Position numbers and translations under genes: made by a program. DNA of 62,775 nucleotides, the filler included. It is 6 parts of 6 records of this genome, joined end to end, with 100 filler letters (N's around TTAATTAATTAA, not from the genome) between each part and the next. Parts side by side here need not be neighbours in the genome. Positions count along the whole stretch, not along the records: positions 41,737 to 57,087 come from SRR31156797_14787; positions 57,188 to 62,775 come from SRR31156797_14913; 4 more parts are not named here. The stretch is one strand, 5' to 3'. The notes below the pieces were generated by a model. It ran no database searches, had not been told where the DNA came from, and saw only the letters and a program-made list of their open reading frames with translations. Positions 49,444 to 59,811 of the stretch are shown here, piece by piece. The stretch's first letter is position 1. Each line of letters opens with the position of its first letter.

Positions 49444-50139
49444 ATGGACTATATCCTGAGTGGGTTGATCCAGGCTTTTAAGCTCCTCTTTTGCGGGGAT
49501 CCGGAAACCTATTCCGCGGTGAAAACCACGGTTCTTGCTTCCAGTCTTTCGGTAGGGGCCAGCATGGCCATCGGATCACCCTTGGGGTTTTGGCTGGGGT
49601 ACGCCCGTTTCCCGGGGGCCCGGCCAATCCGCCTTATGGTGGATACCCTGTTGTCCCTGCCCACGGTGGTCATCGGTCTTCTTTGTTACGCTTTCATGAG
49701 CCACCGGGGACCTTTGGGTAATTTAGGGCTATTGTTTACCATTCCGGGGATGGCCATGGGCCAAACCATTCTGGGACTTCCCATCGTGGTGGCCATGACC
49801 GCCAACGCCGTTGAAAACCTTGACCATCGCCTCAAACAGACCTTATTGACTTTGGGAGCCGAACCCCGTCAATTATTATTGACATCCCTTTGGGAAGCGC
49901 GGTTTGCGCTGGCGCTGGCCGGGGCCGCCGCATACGGCCGGATTGTATCCGAAGTGGGTATCTCCATGATGATCGGCGGCAATATCAAATGGCACACCCG
50001 GACCATCACAACGGCCATTGCGCTGGAGACCGGAAAGGGGCAGTTCGCGAGCGGAATCGCCCTGGGTCTGATTCTGATCACCCTGGCGTTGCTGGTCAAT
50101 CTGGCCATGTCCGGTCTGAAACGGTTATCAGGACAATGA
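49444..50139 (+). CDS. tupB: Tungstate ABC transporter permease
   Basis: LPTVVIGL, GPLG, YGRIVSEVG, GGNIKWHTRTITTAIALET. Confidence 0.92.
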   Translation: MDYILSGLIQAFKLLFCGDPETYSAVKTTVLASSLSVGASMAIGSPLGFWLGYARFPGARPIRLMVDTLLSLPTVVIGLLCYAFMSHRGPLGNLGLLFTIPGMAMGQTILGLPIVVAMTANAVENLDHRLKQTLLTLGAEPRQLLLTSLWEARFALALAGAAAYGRIVSEVGISMMIGGNIKWHTRTITTAIALETGKGQFASGIALGLILITLALLVNLAMSGLKRLSGQ

Positions 50140-50792
50140 ACAACTCCCTTTATCATTTGGAAAATCTAACCCAGGTTTACGGGGATCGAACGGTTTTGGA
50201 TGTGGACCGTCTCAATATCGAAATTCGGACCATCACCGGCTTAATGGGACCCAACGGTTCGGGCAAAAGCACTTTAATGAGGATTTTAGCCTTTTTGGAA
50301 AAGCCCGCTTCAGGCCGAGTGACTTTTCAGGGACAACCCTTTTCCAGAGTTCCCCTTGACCAGCGCCGTCAGGTAACCATGTTGGGCCAGGAACCGTATC
50401 TGCTGAAGAGATCCGTACAGGCTAATGTCTCTTATGGGCTGAAACTTAGGGGAATATCCGATACCCGACATCAGGTAAGCCGGGCTCTCGAAAAAGTGGG
50501 CCTGGAGCCAACCCGGTTTTCCCAACGATCCTGGCGGGAACTGTCCGGTGGTGAAGCACAGCGGGTTGCCCTGGCGGCCCGGCTGATCCTCAAGCCCAGG
50601 GTGTTATTGCTGGATGAACCGACGGCCAGTGTGGACCGGGAAAGCTCCGACCTCATTCTGCGCGCCGCATTGGATGCACGAAACCGGTGGGGTACCACAT
50701 TGATCATCATCAGTCACCAACTCACATGGCTTCGTCAAATAGCCGACCGGATCCTTTCCATGGAATACGGACGGCTGACGCCTGTGCTCTAG
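50136..50792 (+). CDS. tupC: Tungstate ABC transporter ATPase
   Basis: ATGA overlap with tupB; GPNGSGKST, LSGGE, LLLDEPT, SH. Confidence 0.9.
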   Translation: MNNSLYHLENLTQVYGDRTVLDVDRLNIEIRTITGLMGPNGSGKSTLMRILAFLEKPASGRVTFQGQPFSRVPLDQRRQVTMLGQEPYLLKRSVQANVSYGLKLRGISDTRHQVSRALEKVGLEPTRFSQRSWRELSGGEAQRVALAARLILKPRVLLLDEPTASVDRESSDLILRAALDARNRWGTTLIIISHQLTWLRQIADRILSMEYGRLTPVL

Positions 50793-50977
50793 AGCCAAAA
50801 CCGGCACAAATCCCGAAGACGAGCGTCTTCCATAAACCTTAAATTCGGCATACTTTTGCGCATTGTATAATTTGTTCTCAGGTTTTTGACATGTAAGGGA
50901 ATTTCAGTTAGTCTTGATCCGGCAGCAACCATTCCTCATAATATGACGTATTGAACCTTTAAACGGGGGGGTATTAG

Positions 50978-51430
50978 ATGAAAAATATTCTAATCACATT
51001 TGTTTATGTCACAGTCGGCATCCTTTTGTTTACTTCTGATATTTCAGCCAAACAAGAACAACGCTTTGTCTTACTGAAAAACAACGGAATTGTAAGAGAC
51101 ACAAAAACAGGCCTTGAGTGGAAGGTGGGACCTGATGCAGATATGAACTGGAATGATGCCAGATCCTGGGTGCAAAGCCTGACCCTTGATGGGGGCGGCT
51201 GGAGAATGCCCACATTGGATGAACTGGAAGGACTTTATCAAAAAGGGGCCAGTAAACTGAATCTGACACCTCTCTTGAAAACCACCGGCTGGCAGGTTTG
51301 GTCGGATAAAATTAGGGATTCATCGTTTGCCTGGGGTTTTTACTTCTGCCGCGGCGGTAGGGGCTGGGACAGCCATACCTTCCCCTACAACTTTCGAGCT
51401 TTCGCGGTACGCTCGCGGGGCAATGAATAA
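50978..51430 (+). CDS. Secreted DUF1566 (Lcl C-terminal) domain protein
   Basis: Signal peptide, GIVRDTKTGLEW, MNWNDA, GWRMPTLDEL, RAFAVR. Confidence 0.85.
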   Translation: MKNILITFVYVTVGILLFTSDISAKQEQRFVLLKNNGIVRDTKTGLEWKVGPDADMNWNDARSWVQSLTLDGGGWRMPTLDELEGLYQKGASKLNLTPLLKTTGWQVWSDKIRDSSFAWGFYFCRGGRGWDSHTFPYNFRAFAVRSRGNE

Positions 51431-51473
51431 TTTCATGATCCGTAAGATTATTGAACCTTAATAACGACACATC

Positions 51474-54400
51474 ATGCTATCTGAAAACATCATCATTCAG
51501 TCGGCCGGATCATTATCAATAGCGGTATTGGCCCTGGTCATGCTGTTCTTGCAGGCTATTATCTTTTTCAAAAAGCCTCAATTTTCATGGTATGCCTGGA
51601 GCGCCGCCATTTCCTTTTCAGCCCTCCTCTACTCGGTGGGCATCTTCATTGAGTATAATACCTTGGCGGGGCCCCTGAACCGGTTTTCCGGGCTCTTGGA
51701 GTTTACAGCCGTTATTTGTTTTATCCACTGCGTATACGGCTTTACGTTTTCTTACCTGAGCATTGAAAACAAAAAATACCATCCGATCGCCGGCGCCTGC
51801 CACGGTCTAATTCTGATCCTTTTATGGTTTACCCCTTTCGTGGTGGCCGACCGGTTCATTACCCGGAATTTTACGGGGTTGTCAACCCCCTATATTGAAC
51901 CGGCCCTGGGACCTCTGGGTCCCCTATTTTTGCTGTATGCGGCCATGGCCGGTGTAAATTTGATGGTCGTGTGGATAAGACACAAAAACACCGAGCCTAA
52001 AAACAGTTTCCTTTACCTGGCAGGTATCGGCTTCTGGATTCTGTTGGGTCTTCACGACGCCCTGACCGCATTGGGGTTTTTCACTTTTCAATATATCATG
52101 GAATACGGGTTCCTGGGATTTGCCATCGTCGTTCTCTGGGTCGTATTCAATAATTATCTTGAAATCACGGCGGAAGAAAAGTATCGCGTCCTCACGGAAT
52201 TTGCACATGATTGCATTCTGGTGATACAGGATGAAAAGGTGGTTTTTGAAAATCCGGCCTGCCGCGAACTCATGGGTAGCCCCCTGACCGATTCGGAGCC
52301 CGGAGATTTTCTGCTTATGATGGCTCCCGAAGACCGGAAGGATATTCTGGATCACTTCAATTTGCTGAAAGCGGGTGACATTCTGCCCGCAGGGTATACG
52401 TTCCCCATTCAAAGAGACAATGGCGAGCGAAGATTTGTAGAAATTGCTACAAGCGTCATTCAATATCGGAACAGACCCGCGGTACTGGCTGTCATGCGGG
52501 ATATGACAAAAAGAAAACGGGTGGAAGAAGCGCTGCGGGAGAGTGAATATAAGTACCGAAACCTTGTGGAGGATAGTTTCGATGGAATTTTCATCCAGAA
52601 AGGCCCAAGAATTATTTTTGCAAATAAGCGATTGAGCGAAATGCTCGGGTATGGAGAAGGTGAGTTAATCGGTCGGAATCACTGGGTGGTCTATCATCCC
52701 GACGATCAAAAAACCACGAGAGATCGGGCCCAGGCACGTATGCGTGGAGAAGAAGTTGTGCGGCGGTATGAAGTCAAATTACAGCGCAAGGATAACAGCT
52801 GGTTTTACGGGGAAGTCAATGCCAGGTCGATCACTTTTCAATCTGGCAAAGAGAGCGGGATACAGGTCTGGATCAAAGACATCCATGAGCGTAAACGGGC
52901 CGAAGAAGCACTTCGGGAAAGCGAGAAAAAATATAGAGAACTTTATGGGGAATCAAAAATGGCCGAGGAGGTCTATCGGTCTCTTTTACACACATCGGCT
53001 GATGCCATGGTTATGTACGATTTAGAAGGAAGGGTTGAGTATCTGAGCCCTGCATTTACAAATCTTTTCGGGTGGCCCCTGGAAGAGGTACAGGGGAAGA
53101 GACTTCAGTTTGTACCCGAGTCCGAGAAAAGTGAAAGCATGAAAGGCATAAAGAGGATTATTGGAACCGGGGAAGCCATCCAGGGTTTTGAAACAAAACG
53201 TTACTCAAAAGACGGTCGTATTCTTGACGTAAATATCAGCGGTTCCCGATTTAATGACCATAACGGGGATCCGGCAGGAATGCTCGTTGTCATCCGTGAT
53301 ACCTCTGAAAGAAAGAAACTCGAAAGCCAACTCCGACGTGCGCAGAAAATGGAGGCCATCGGAACGCTTGCAGGAGGGGTGGCACACGATCTCAACAATA
53401 TTCTGGGGGGGCTTGTCAGTTATCCTGAATTGTTATTGTTACAACTCCCTGAAGATAGCCCTTTAAGAGAATCAATCCAGACCATAAAAAAGTCAGGGGA
53501 AAAAGCAGCGACCGTTGTTCACGATCTATTAACCCTTGCAAGAAGAGGTGTTGTTGCCACAGAAGTGGTTAACCCCAATGACATTATCTCCGAATATCTG
53601 GAAAGCCCCGAATTTGGAAAACTTCAATCATACCATCCTGAAGTTCATGTGGAGACCCATCTTGAAAAAAATCTCCTAAACATAATGGCATCATCCACAC
53701 ATCTCTCGACAACCGTCATGAACCTGGTTTCCAACGCTGCCGAGGCCATGCCCGAAGGTGGGAAATTAGGAATATCCACGGAAAATAAATATATGGATAG
53801 GCCCATAAGAGGTTACGATGGTGTAAAGGAGGGTGATTATGTAACGCTCACCGTCTCTGACACCGGGACAGGTATTTCACCTGATGATATGGAAAAAATA
53901 TTTGAACCGTTCTATACCAAAAAAAAGATGGGGAGAAGCGGAACAGGGTTAGGGATGGCCGTGGTATGGGGAACGGTAAAGGATCATCACGGGTATATCG
54001 ATACCCGAAGCTCTGAAGGCAAAGGAACAGTATTTACCCTTTATTTCCCCGTAACCCGTAAAAAACCGGCTGAAAATTTTTCCCGGTCGGCCATTACCGA
54101 TTATAGGGGGAACGGGGAATCCATTCTCATCGTGGATGATGTGAAAGAGCAAAGGGAAATAGCCTCCGGTATGTTAAGAGAGCTAGGGTATTCGGTGGAA
54201 TCCGTTTCAAGCGGCCAAGAGGCGGTTGAATATGTGAAGGCCAACAACGTTGACCTGTTGCTGTTGGATATGATTATGGACCCGGGTATGGATGGTCTTG
54301 ATACTTTCAAAAAAATCCTTGAAATACACCCCGGGCAAAAAGCGATCATTGCCAGTGGATTTTCCGAAACGGACCTTGTTAAAGAGATTCGGGGTTTGGG

Positions 54401-54476
54401 TGCCCAAACCTATATACGGAAACCTTTCTTGCTGGAAAGATTAGGGTTTGCCGTTATGGAAGAATTGGGGAAATAG
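51474..54476 (+). CDS. Hybrid sensor histidine kinase (7TM - 3xPAS - HisKA - HATPase - REC)
   Basis: Seven N-terminal TMs, three PAS/PAC ends (RDMT, KDIH, RDTS), AHDLNNIL, NLVSNAAEAM, GSGTGLG, IVDD...LLDM. Confidence 0.93.
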   Translation: MLSENIIIQSAGSLSIAVLALVMLFLQAIIFFKKPQFSWYAWSAAISFSALLYSVGIFIEYNTLAGPLNRFSGLLEFTAVICFIHCVYGFTFSYLSIENKKYHPIAGACHGLILILLWFTPFVVADRFITRNFTGLSTPYIEPALGPLGPLFLLYAAMAGVNLMVVWIRHKNTEPKNSFLYLAGIGFWILLGLHDALTALGFFTFQYIMEYGFLGFAIVVLWVVFNNYLEITAEEKYRVLTEFAHDCILVIQDEKVVFENPACRELMGSPLTDSEPGDFLLMMAPEDRKDILDHFNLLKAGDILPAGYTFPIQRDNGERRFVEIATSVIQYRNRPAVLAVMRDMTKRKRVEEALRESEYKYRNLVEDSFDGIFIQKGPRIIFANKRLSEMLGYGEGELIGRNHWVVYHPDDQKTTRDRAQARMRGEEVVRRYEVKLQRKDNSWFYGEVNARSITFQSGKESGIQVWIKDIHERKRAEEALRESEKKYRELYGESKMAEEVYRSLLHTSADAMVMYDLEGRVEYLSPAFTNLFGWPLEEVQGKRLQFVPESEKSESMKGIKRIIGTGEAIQGFETKRYSKDGRILDVNISGSRFNDHNGDPAGMLVVIRDTSERKKLESQLRRAQKMEAIGTLAGGVAHDLNNILGGLVSYPELLLLQLPEDSPLRESIQTIKKSGEKAATVVHDLLTLARRGVVATEVVNPNDIISEYLESPEFGKLQSYHPEVHVETHLEKNLLNIMASSTHLSTTVMNLVSNAAEAMPEGGKLGISTENKYMDRPIRGYDGVKEGDYVTLTVSDTGTGISPDDMEKIFEPFYTKKKMGRSGTGLGMAVVWGTVKDHHGYIDTRSSEGKGTVFTLYFPVTRKKPAENFSRSAITDYRGNGESILIVDDVKEQREIASGMLRELGYSVESVSSGQEAVEYVKANNVDLLLLDMIMDPGMDGLDTFKKILEIHPGQKAIIASGFSETDLVKEIRGLGAQTYIRKPFLLERLGFAVMEELGK

Positions 54477-54496
54477 GCGGTTTCCGACTTATATTT

Positions 54497-57087
54497 TTAA
54501 AGCACTTTCAAACGGTTGAGCCAGCCCGGCCGTTCTTTATCCACCGCTTCCATGGCGGTTGAAGATCCCAGCACTTTGACCACACCCTTCTCCGCCACAT
54601 CCCTTAGAACCCGGCCCATGGCTTTGAAATCATCGGCCGTGGTTCCCAGAAGCTCTTCCCGCATTTGCTGCCTTAAAATATCCGTATCGTTCGTCAGATA
54701 TCGAATCATGGAAACAAATCCCTTGGTATCGGGGAGCATGTGGCTGTCCAGATCCCCGATGGCGCCGATGATGCTCTTGGTCAATTCCTCGTCCGTGAGG
54801 GTCTCTTCTTCTAGAAATTGTGCCGAAGAATCAAATATATCAACGGTTTGCATCAGATTCGGGTCACGATAGGAGACGAAGGTCAACGTACCGGACATGC
54901 GATCCAGCAGGCAGAAAGCGCCATAAGCGCCTCCCTGAACACGAACCCGGTCCCACAGCCAGGCGTTGCGCACATAACGGGTAATGGCAAGGGTAGAGCC
55001 GTGAAATTCGAACCCCAATTCGGTGAGATCCGCCCCCTTGCCCACGTAGTTGACCTGTGAAGGGATGGTCATCCCTTCAAAAAGTGGATCGCTTCGGGTG
55101 GGCCAGTCCTTTTTTAAGGGGACGGATTCGGCAATTGGCACATCCGGCAGGGTGCGCAGCAATCCCCTCAATGAGGGCTCGATCCGGTTCCATCCCGAAA
55201 TATCCACCGTGACATTGGCAAGAGCCGTCTTTCGGTTCACCAGCATAGTATGAATGTTTTTCAAAATGGCGAGGACCCCGGGCCAGTCCTTTTCCACGTC
55301 TTGCGCCAGTTTCCGCACAAAAAAGAGATAGCTGATGCCCCCCATTTGCTCGGACGCCCAATGGGACTCCGAAAAATGGGACCTGAGACGGAGGTTCACC
55401 ATCTGGTGGCCCGCGGGGATCAACTGTTGTTCAACCCGGGCCTTTTCCTCCATGACCATTTGCCTGAAACGCTCAGGGTTGTCCAATGTGACCGTCAGCA
55501 GCACATCCTCCAGAATCTGAAACAGGGCATCAGCCCGGTTTGTCATGGCTTTTCCCCGAAGAAAAAGCCAGGCCGCACTGCCATGGGCGCCCCACACGTC
55601 CGACGTCAAGGGGGCTGCATGGATTCCCCCCGTTTTTCGGCTGATACTCTGGGATAGCGTTACAAAATCTTCCTTTTCCGTACCCATTTCAAAAAACGCG
55701 CGCCCCAAAAGGGGAACATAGGGCACATATTCAGCGGGCAGATGTTGAAGGTTGAGACCCAGATCCACGTAAACAATGCCGTTGGTAAACAGGTCGTGGA
55801 GCAGAATGGGGGTGCCCTTTTCATCCATTTCCGCCAAGGGGATGATTTTGTTTCTTGGCGCCAGATCTTCCCGCTTCAGCATGGGGATGGTGGCTAGGGC
55901 TTCTGGGGAATCCTGGGCCTCTTGCAGGCGCTTCAGCGTAAGCGTGTTTTCCAAAACCGCTTCCAGTGCTGATCCGTCCATGCCGGCCCGGGCTTTATCA
56001 AGCCGAATTTTTTCAGCATCCGCATCCCTTTTTCCGAGATCCGGATCGGGCTCCAGAACCAGGGTGGTACGATGGGTGTTGGACAGAAATGCCTGTTCAA
56101 TGAGACTTTCCAGATACCTGGGGTCGGCGGCAATTTTCGCCTTAACCCGTTCCAATGGATCTTCAAAGGCCATCAGATTCAAAGGATCTCCCCCGTAAAG
56201 CCAGGTGTTCAGAGACCTGAGCATCAAAGAAAGTCCCCGGGGAAAACTGCCGGTATTGTTTTCCCGCAGGCGGAACTCAATGGTATTCAGGGCCGCTTCC
56301 ACCGTGTGGGGATCGATCCCTGATCGGGAAAGGGATTTCAAGGTTTCCAGGATGAGATTCTCAATTTTCCGTGCATTCTTTGTTTCAATCCCCTTGAGAC
56401 CGGTGGAGAAGCACATCTGGCGCAATTCCGTTTCCAAGCCCCCTCCGACCAGGTCTTCCCCGAACCCCGAATCAATGAGCGCTTTTCTAAGAGGAGAGGC
56501 GGGCATGCCCAGCAGGGCGTACTCCAGGATACGCAGGGAAAAATTGGCATCCACATGGTTTGTTTCATTCAGCATCCAGTTCAGGGTAATCATCCCTTTG
56601 GCGACGGTTCCATCCCCTTCACCCACCATATAGGGACGGACAAACCGTTTGGGCTCCCTGAAAACGGATTGCAATTGCACATTGGAATCCACCGAAATGG
56701 GTTCAAAGGCTTTGAGCACACCCTCCAGACGGATTAACCGTTCTTCAGGATCATCATCCCCGTAAAAAAAGATACGCGCGTTGGATGGATGGTAATACCG
56801 TTCATGAAAGGCGTGAAACTGCTCATAGGTGAGGTTGGGAATCTGTTTGGGATCGCCGCCCGAGTCCAGACCGTAGGCATTGTCCGGAAAAAGGGACTGA
56901 AGGGAATATTCGGAAAGTACACTATCCGGTGAAGAATAGGCCCCTTTCATCTCATTATAGACCACCCCTTTGAACACCATTTCGGCCTCTTTTTTCTCCA
57001 GCTCGAAATGCCACCCTTCCTGCTGAAAGATGGCGGGGGTAATCCGCGGGTAGAACACCGCATCCAGATAGACATCCATGAGGTTGT
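54497..57087 (-). CDS. M16C (presequence protease / insulinase family) metallopeptidase (5' truncated)
   Basis: VYLDAVFYP, QEGWH, GVVYNEMKG, SGGDP, YHPSN, TNGIVY, VRVQGGAYG, SYRDP. Confidence 0.94.
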
Positions 57088-57187
57088 NNNNNNNNNNNNN
57101 NNNNNNNNNNNNNNNNNNNNNNNNNNNNNNNTTAATTAATTAANNNNNNNNNNNNNNNNNNNNNNNNNNNNNNNNNNNNNNNNNNNN
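57088..57187. other. Artificial contig linker
   Basis: N44-TTAATTAATTAA-N44. Confidence 0.99.
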
Positions 57188-57701
57188 TCTTTGTAATATT
57201 TTTTATCTGTACTCTGGATACCTCTTTGCCCTGTTCCACTTTTGCAACGCTGCCCTGACTTGGTTTTGGTATAGATTCAGGCCATTGTAAACTTTTTGGT
57301 GCATTAAAATCTGTCGGCAGCTGCCAGTTAGAGCTGCTGCAGCCGTCATATACCAAATAGTATTCCTTAAGACAATCTAAAAGCTCTGCTCCAGTCTCCT
57401 CGGGCAAGTTCTCTAATTCTTCACCTATTATTTGATTAAACTCATCAGCAGACATATCCTCAAGTTCTTTATAAAATTCATCTTTCTCGTCCTCTGTCAT
57501 ACTTGAAGAATATTTTGAATCGCCAGTCTCTTTTGTTTGTATTGTTTCTTCAGGAGTTTGTGTTTCTTCTGTTGGGGTTATTGTTATTTCTACAGGAATT
57601 TTAATATTGTCACCATCACTGTAAGTGCATTTTGAGCCTGTCAGCAAAGTAATAAGTATCAGTGCAGCGATAATTGAAATCGCTTTTTCTTTCTTGATCA
57701 T
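57188..57701 (-). CDS. Hypothetical exported (possibly lipo-) protein (3' truncated)
   Basis: Signal-like N-terminus, T/E-rich linker, ATGA overlap with tetR. Confidence 0.65.
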
Positions 57702-58309
57702 ATCTTATCCTCCTGATTTTTTATTCCGTTCCAAATAATTTCAAATGCATCTTTCGAGTTCTTTTTTACATCTATATCGGGGTCTGTCAGATATAGCATA
57801 TATGAGCCTTCTATTAAACCGCTTAATAAAAAATAAATATTTCTAGATGTGACTTTCTTTCGAATTTCACCCTTTTCTTTAGCTTTTTCTGTCGCCTTTT
57901 CAAGCAATATATAAAATTCTTCGTTAAACTGCTTCATAAAATCCAGACATTCAGGACAATACTTCAGAATATCAAATATCAGCCTGTATTGCCCCGTATT
58001 GGTTTTAACTCCATACATTTCGTCGATAAAGATACTGTCCATTCCAAATGATGTACAGGTACTTTTAATCAGCTCTTTTAGGTCAGCATTTCGTGGCACA
58101 AATTGTATCATCAGCTCATTCCATTTTTTAAAAAAATACCGTACACATACCTTAAACAATGACAACTTATCATCAAAGTAATAATATATAGTAGGCTGCT
58201 TAATACCAACCTCTTTACCCACATCGCGCATACTAAAATCGTCGTATCCATCCATTAAAAATGATTTTAAACTAATCTCAATTATTTTTTCTTTTGTATT
58301 CATACTCAT
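57698..58309 (-). CDS. TetR/AcrR-family regulator
   Basis: TKEKII...GYDDFSMRDVGKEVGIKQPTIYYYFDDK. Confidence 0.93.
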   Translation of the reverse strand: MSMNTKEKIIEISLKSFLMDGYDDFSMRDVGKEVGIKQPTIYYYFDDKLSLFKVCVRYFFKKWNELMIQFVPRNADLKELIKSTCTSFGMDSIFIDEMYGVKTNTGQYRLIFDILKYCPECLDFMKQFNEEFYILLEKATEKAKEKGEIRKKVTSRNIYFLLSGLIEGSYMLYLTDPDIDVKKNSKDAFEIIWNGIKNQEDKI

Positions 58310-58312
58310 TTT

Positions 58313-58360
58313 ACCTATCTATCGATAGTTATATTGTATCATAATTCCTTTTTATGTCAA
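58313..58360 (-). promoter_or_regulatory. tetR promoter with a putative autoregulatory operator
   Basis: Minus-strand TTGACA (58355-58360) N16 with extended -10 TGnTACAAT; dyad ACCTATCTATCGATAGTT at 58313-58330 over the likely start site. Confidence 0.6.
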
Positions 58361-58589
58361 TATATAATATCGCTCATAAACGAAATTGCTGGATAATTGT
58401 CTGTTTTGTTAAAGCATTTCTATAATAGTTATTCGTAAAAAGGATGCATCCTGCATATTAGTAAAACACTTTTTATTTACGTGTAAATAGCTTTAGTTAG
58501 CTTTGTTTCAAAGGCAGCGATAACCAACATAATTTTATATGGATTATTTTTACATTCAAATAAGATTTAATTTTTATAAAATACGCTAT

Positions 58590-59171
58590 TTATTCCTTCG
58601 TATAGCGTCCTCTATACTCCATCTTCGCCAATTGAGTATACTTATTAATAAACTCCGTTTTAGCTTGTGTATATCCGTCTCTGTTATTCTTATATTCCTC
58701 CAGCAAAGATAGCTTCAATTTGCCATATTCATTAGCAACATCTTTATGTTCCTGTAAATAATCTCTAAAGTATAGTTCTTTCCAATCGCCTAGATACCGC
58801 AGATGCAAATGATATACTTTCTCTGCAAAGCCCTCCTTAGTATAGCCCTTATTAAACACATATTCAGGATAAAGATTATCTTGTGAGTGCATTAATATCC
58901 AACCATTATCCCCTATTATCCTGCTTATTTCCTTTATATCACTATCAAGTGATGCTTCCAGCAGAATATCTACAGTCGGCTTAGCTATTAAACCCTTTAC
59001 AGCAGTGCTCCCATAGTGGTTTATTCTGACAATATCTTCACTGTCTAGTATATTCTCTAAATTAAATTGCTCTATCTTATACCAGTTACTATATTCTTTT
59101 TTATGCTTTTTTAATATAATAGGAAACAATAGCCACAATTCCTCTAATGTCATTTCTGATAATTCTTTCAA
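58590..59171 (-). CDS. GrpB family protein
   Basis: TTG start with AAGGAG SD; HYGSTAV, AKPTVDI, KGYT, HLH, FRDYL, YGKLK, DGYTQAKTEFI. Confidence 0.9.
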   Translation of the reverse strand: MKELSEMTLEELWLLFPIILKKHKKEYSNWYKIEQFNLENILDSEDIVRINHYGSTAVKGLIAKPTVDILLEASLDSDIKEISRIIGDNGWILMHSQDNLYPEYVFNKGYTKEGFAEKVYHLHLRYLGDWKELYFRDYLQEHKDVANEYGKLKLSLLEEYKNNRDGYTQAKTEFINKYTQLAKMEYRGRYTKE

Positions 59172-59257
59172 GATAAGCTCCTTTTCTAATTTTGCTGCAA
59201 TTCATTTTACACCTGATATTTACATTTAACAATATAATGATTATAATTGATATTGAG

Positions 59258-59695
59258 ATGAAAATGAAGAATTTAACAGTAGAATTTATCGACAATTACA
59301 AAGAAAAAGACTATAAACTAAAATATGTAGTCATTCCAGCAAAATATAAAGGAAAATGGGTTTTTGTACGACATAATGAGCGCAGTACATGGGAAGTTCC
59401 CGGCGGACACATTGAAGAGGGTGAAACACCTATGGAAGCTGCAAAACGTGAAATATATGAAGAAACCGGAGCAGTGAATTTTACTTTAAATCCTATTTGT
59501 TTGTACAACGTAAAGATAGATAATAGCAATTCATATGGTATACTGTACTTTGCAGATATAGAGAAATTAACTGGGAGACTAGAATATGAGATTGAAGAAA
59601 TCACACTTCTTAATAAGATACCCCATAACTTAACATATCCAAATATTCAGCCGAAATTATTTGAAAAAGCAAAAGAGTATCTTAATTCATATTGA
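59258..59695 (+). CDS. NUDIX hydrolase
   Basis: Nudix box PGGHIEEGETPMEAAKREIYEETG; LTYPNIQP. Confidence 0.92.
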   Translation: MKMKNLTVEFIDNYKEKDYKLKYVVIPAKYKGKWVFVRHNERSTWEVPGGHIEEGETPMEAAKREIYEETGAVNFTLNPICLYNVKIDNSNSYGILYFADIEKLTGRLEYEIEEITLLNKIPHNLTYPNIQPKLFEKAKEYLNSY

Positions 59696-59811
59696 AAAAC
59701 ATCTAAATTCAAAAGATAATATAATATTCTGATATAATCATACTTTGCTTTTTTACATTTTTAAGTTATAATGTATTCTTGCGTAATAATGAAGAAATTG
59801 AGGGATAACAA

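Noticed and set aside
16688..57143. TTAATTAATTAA repeated five times, and ORFs ending in ...XXXLIN
   Set aside because: An artificial six-frame stop linker flanked by Ns; not a biological repeat or CRISPR.
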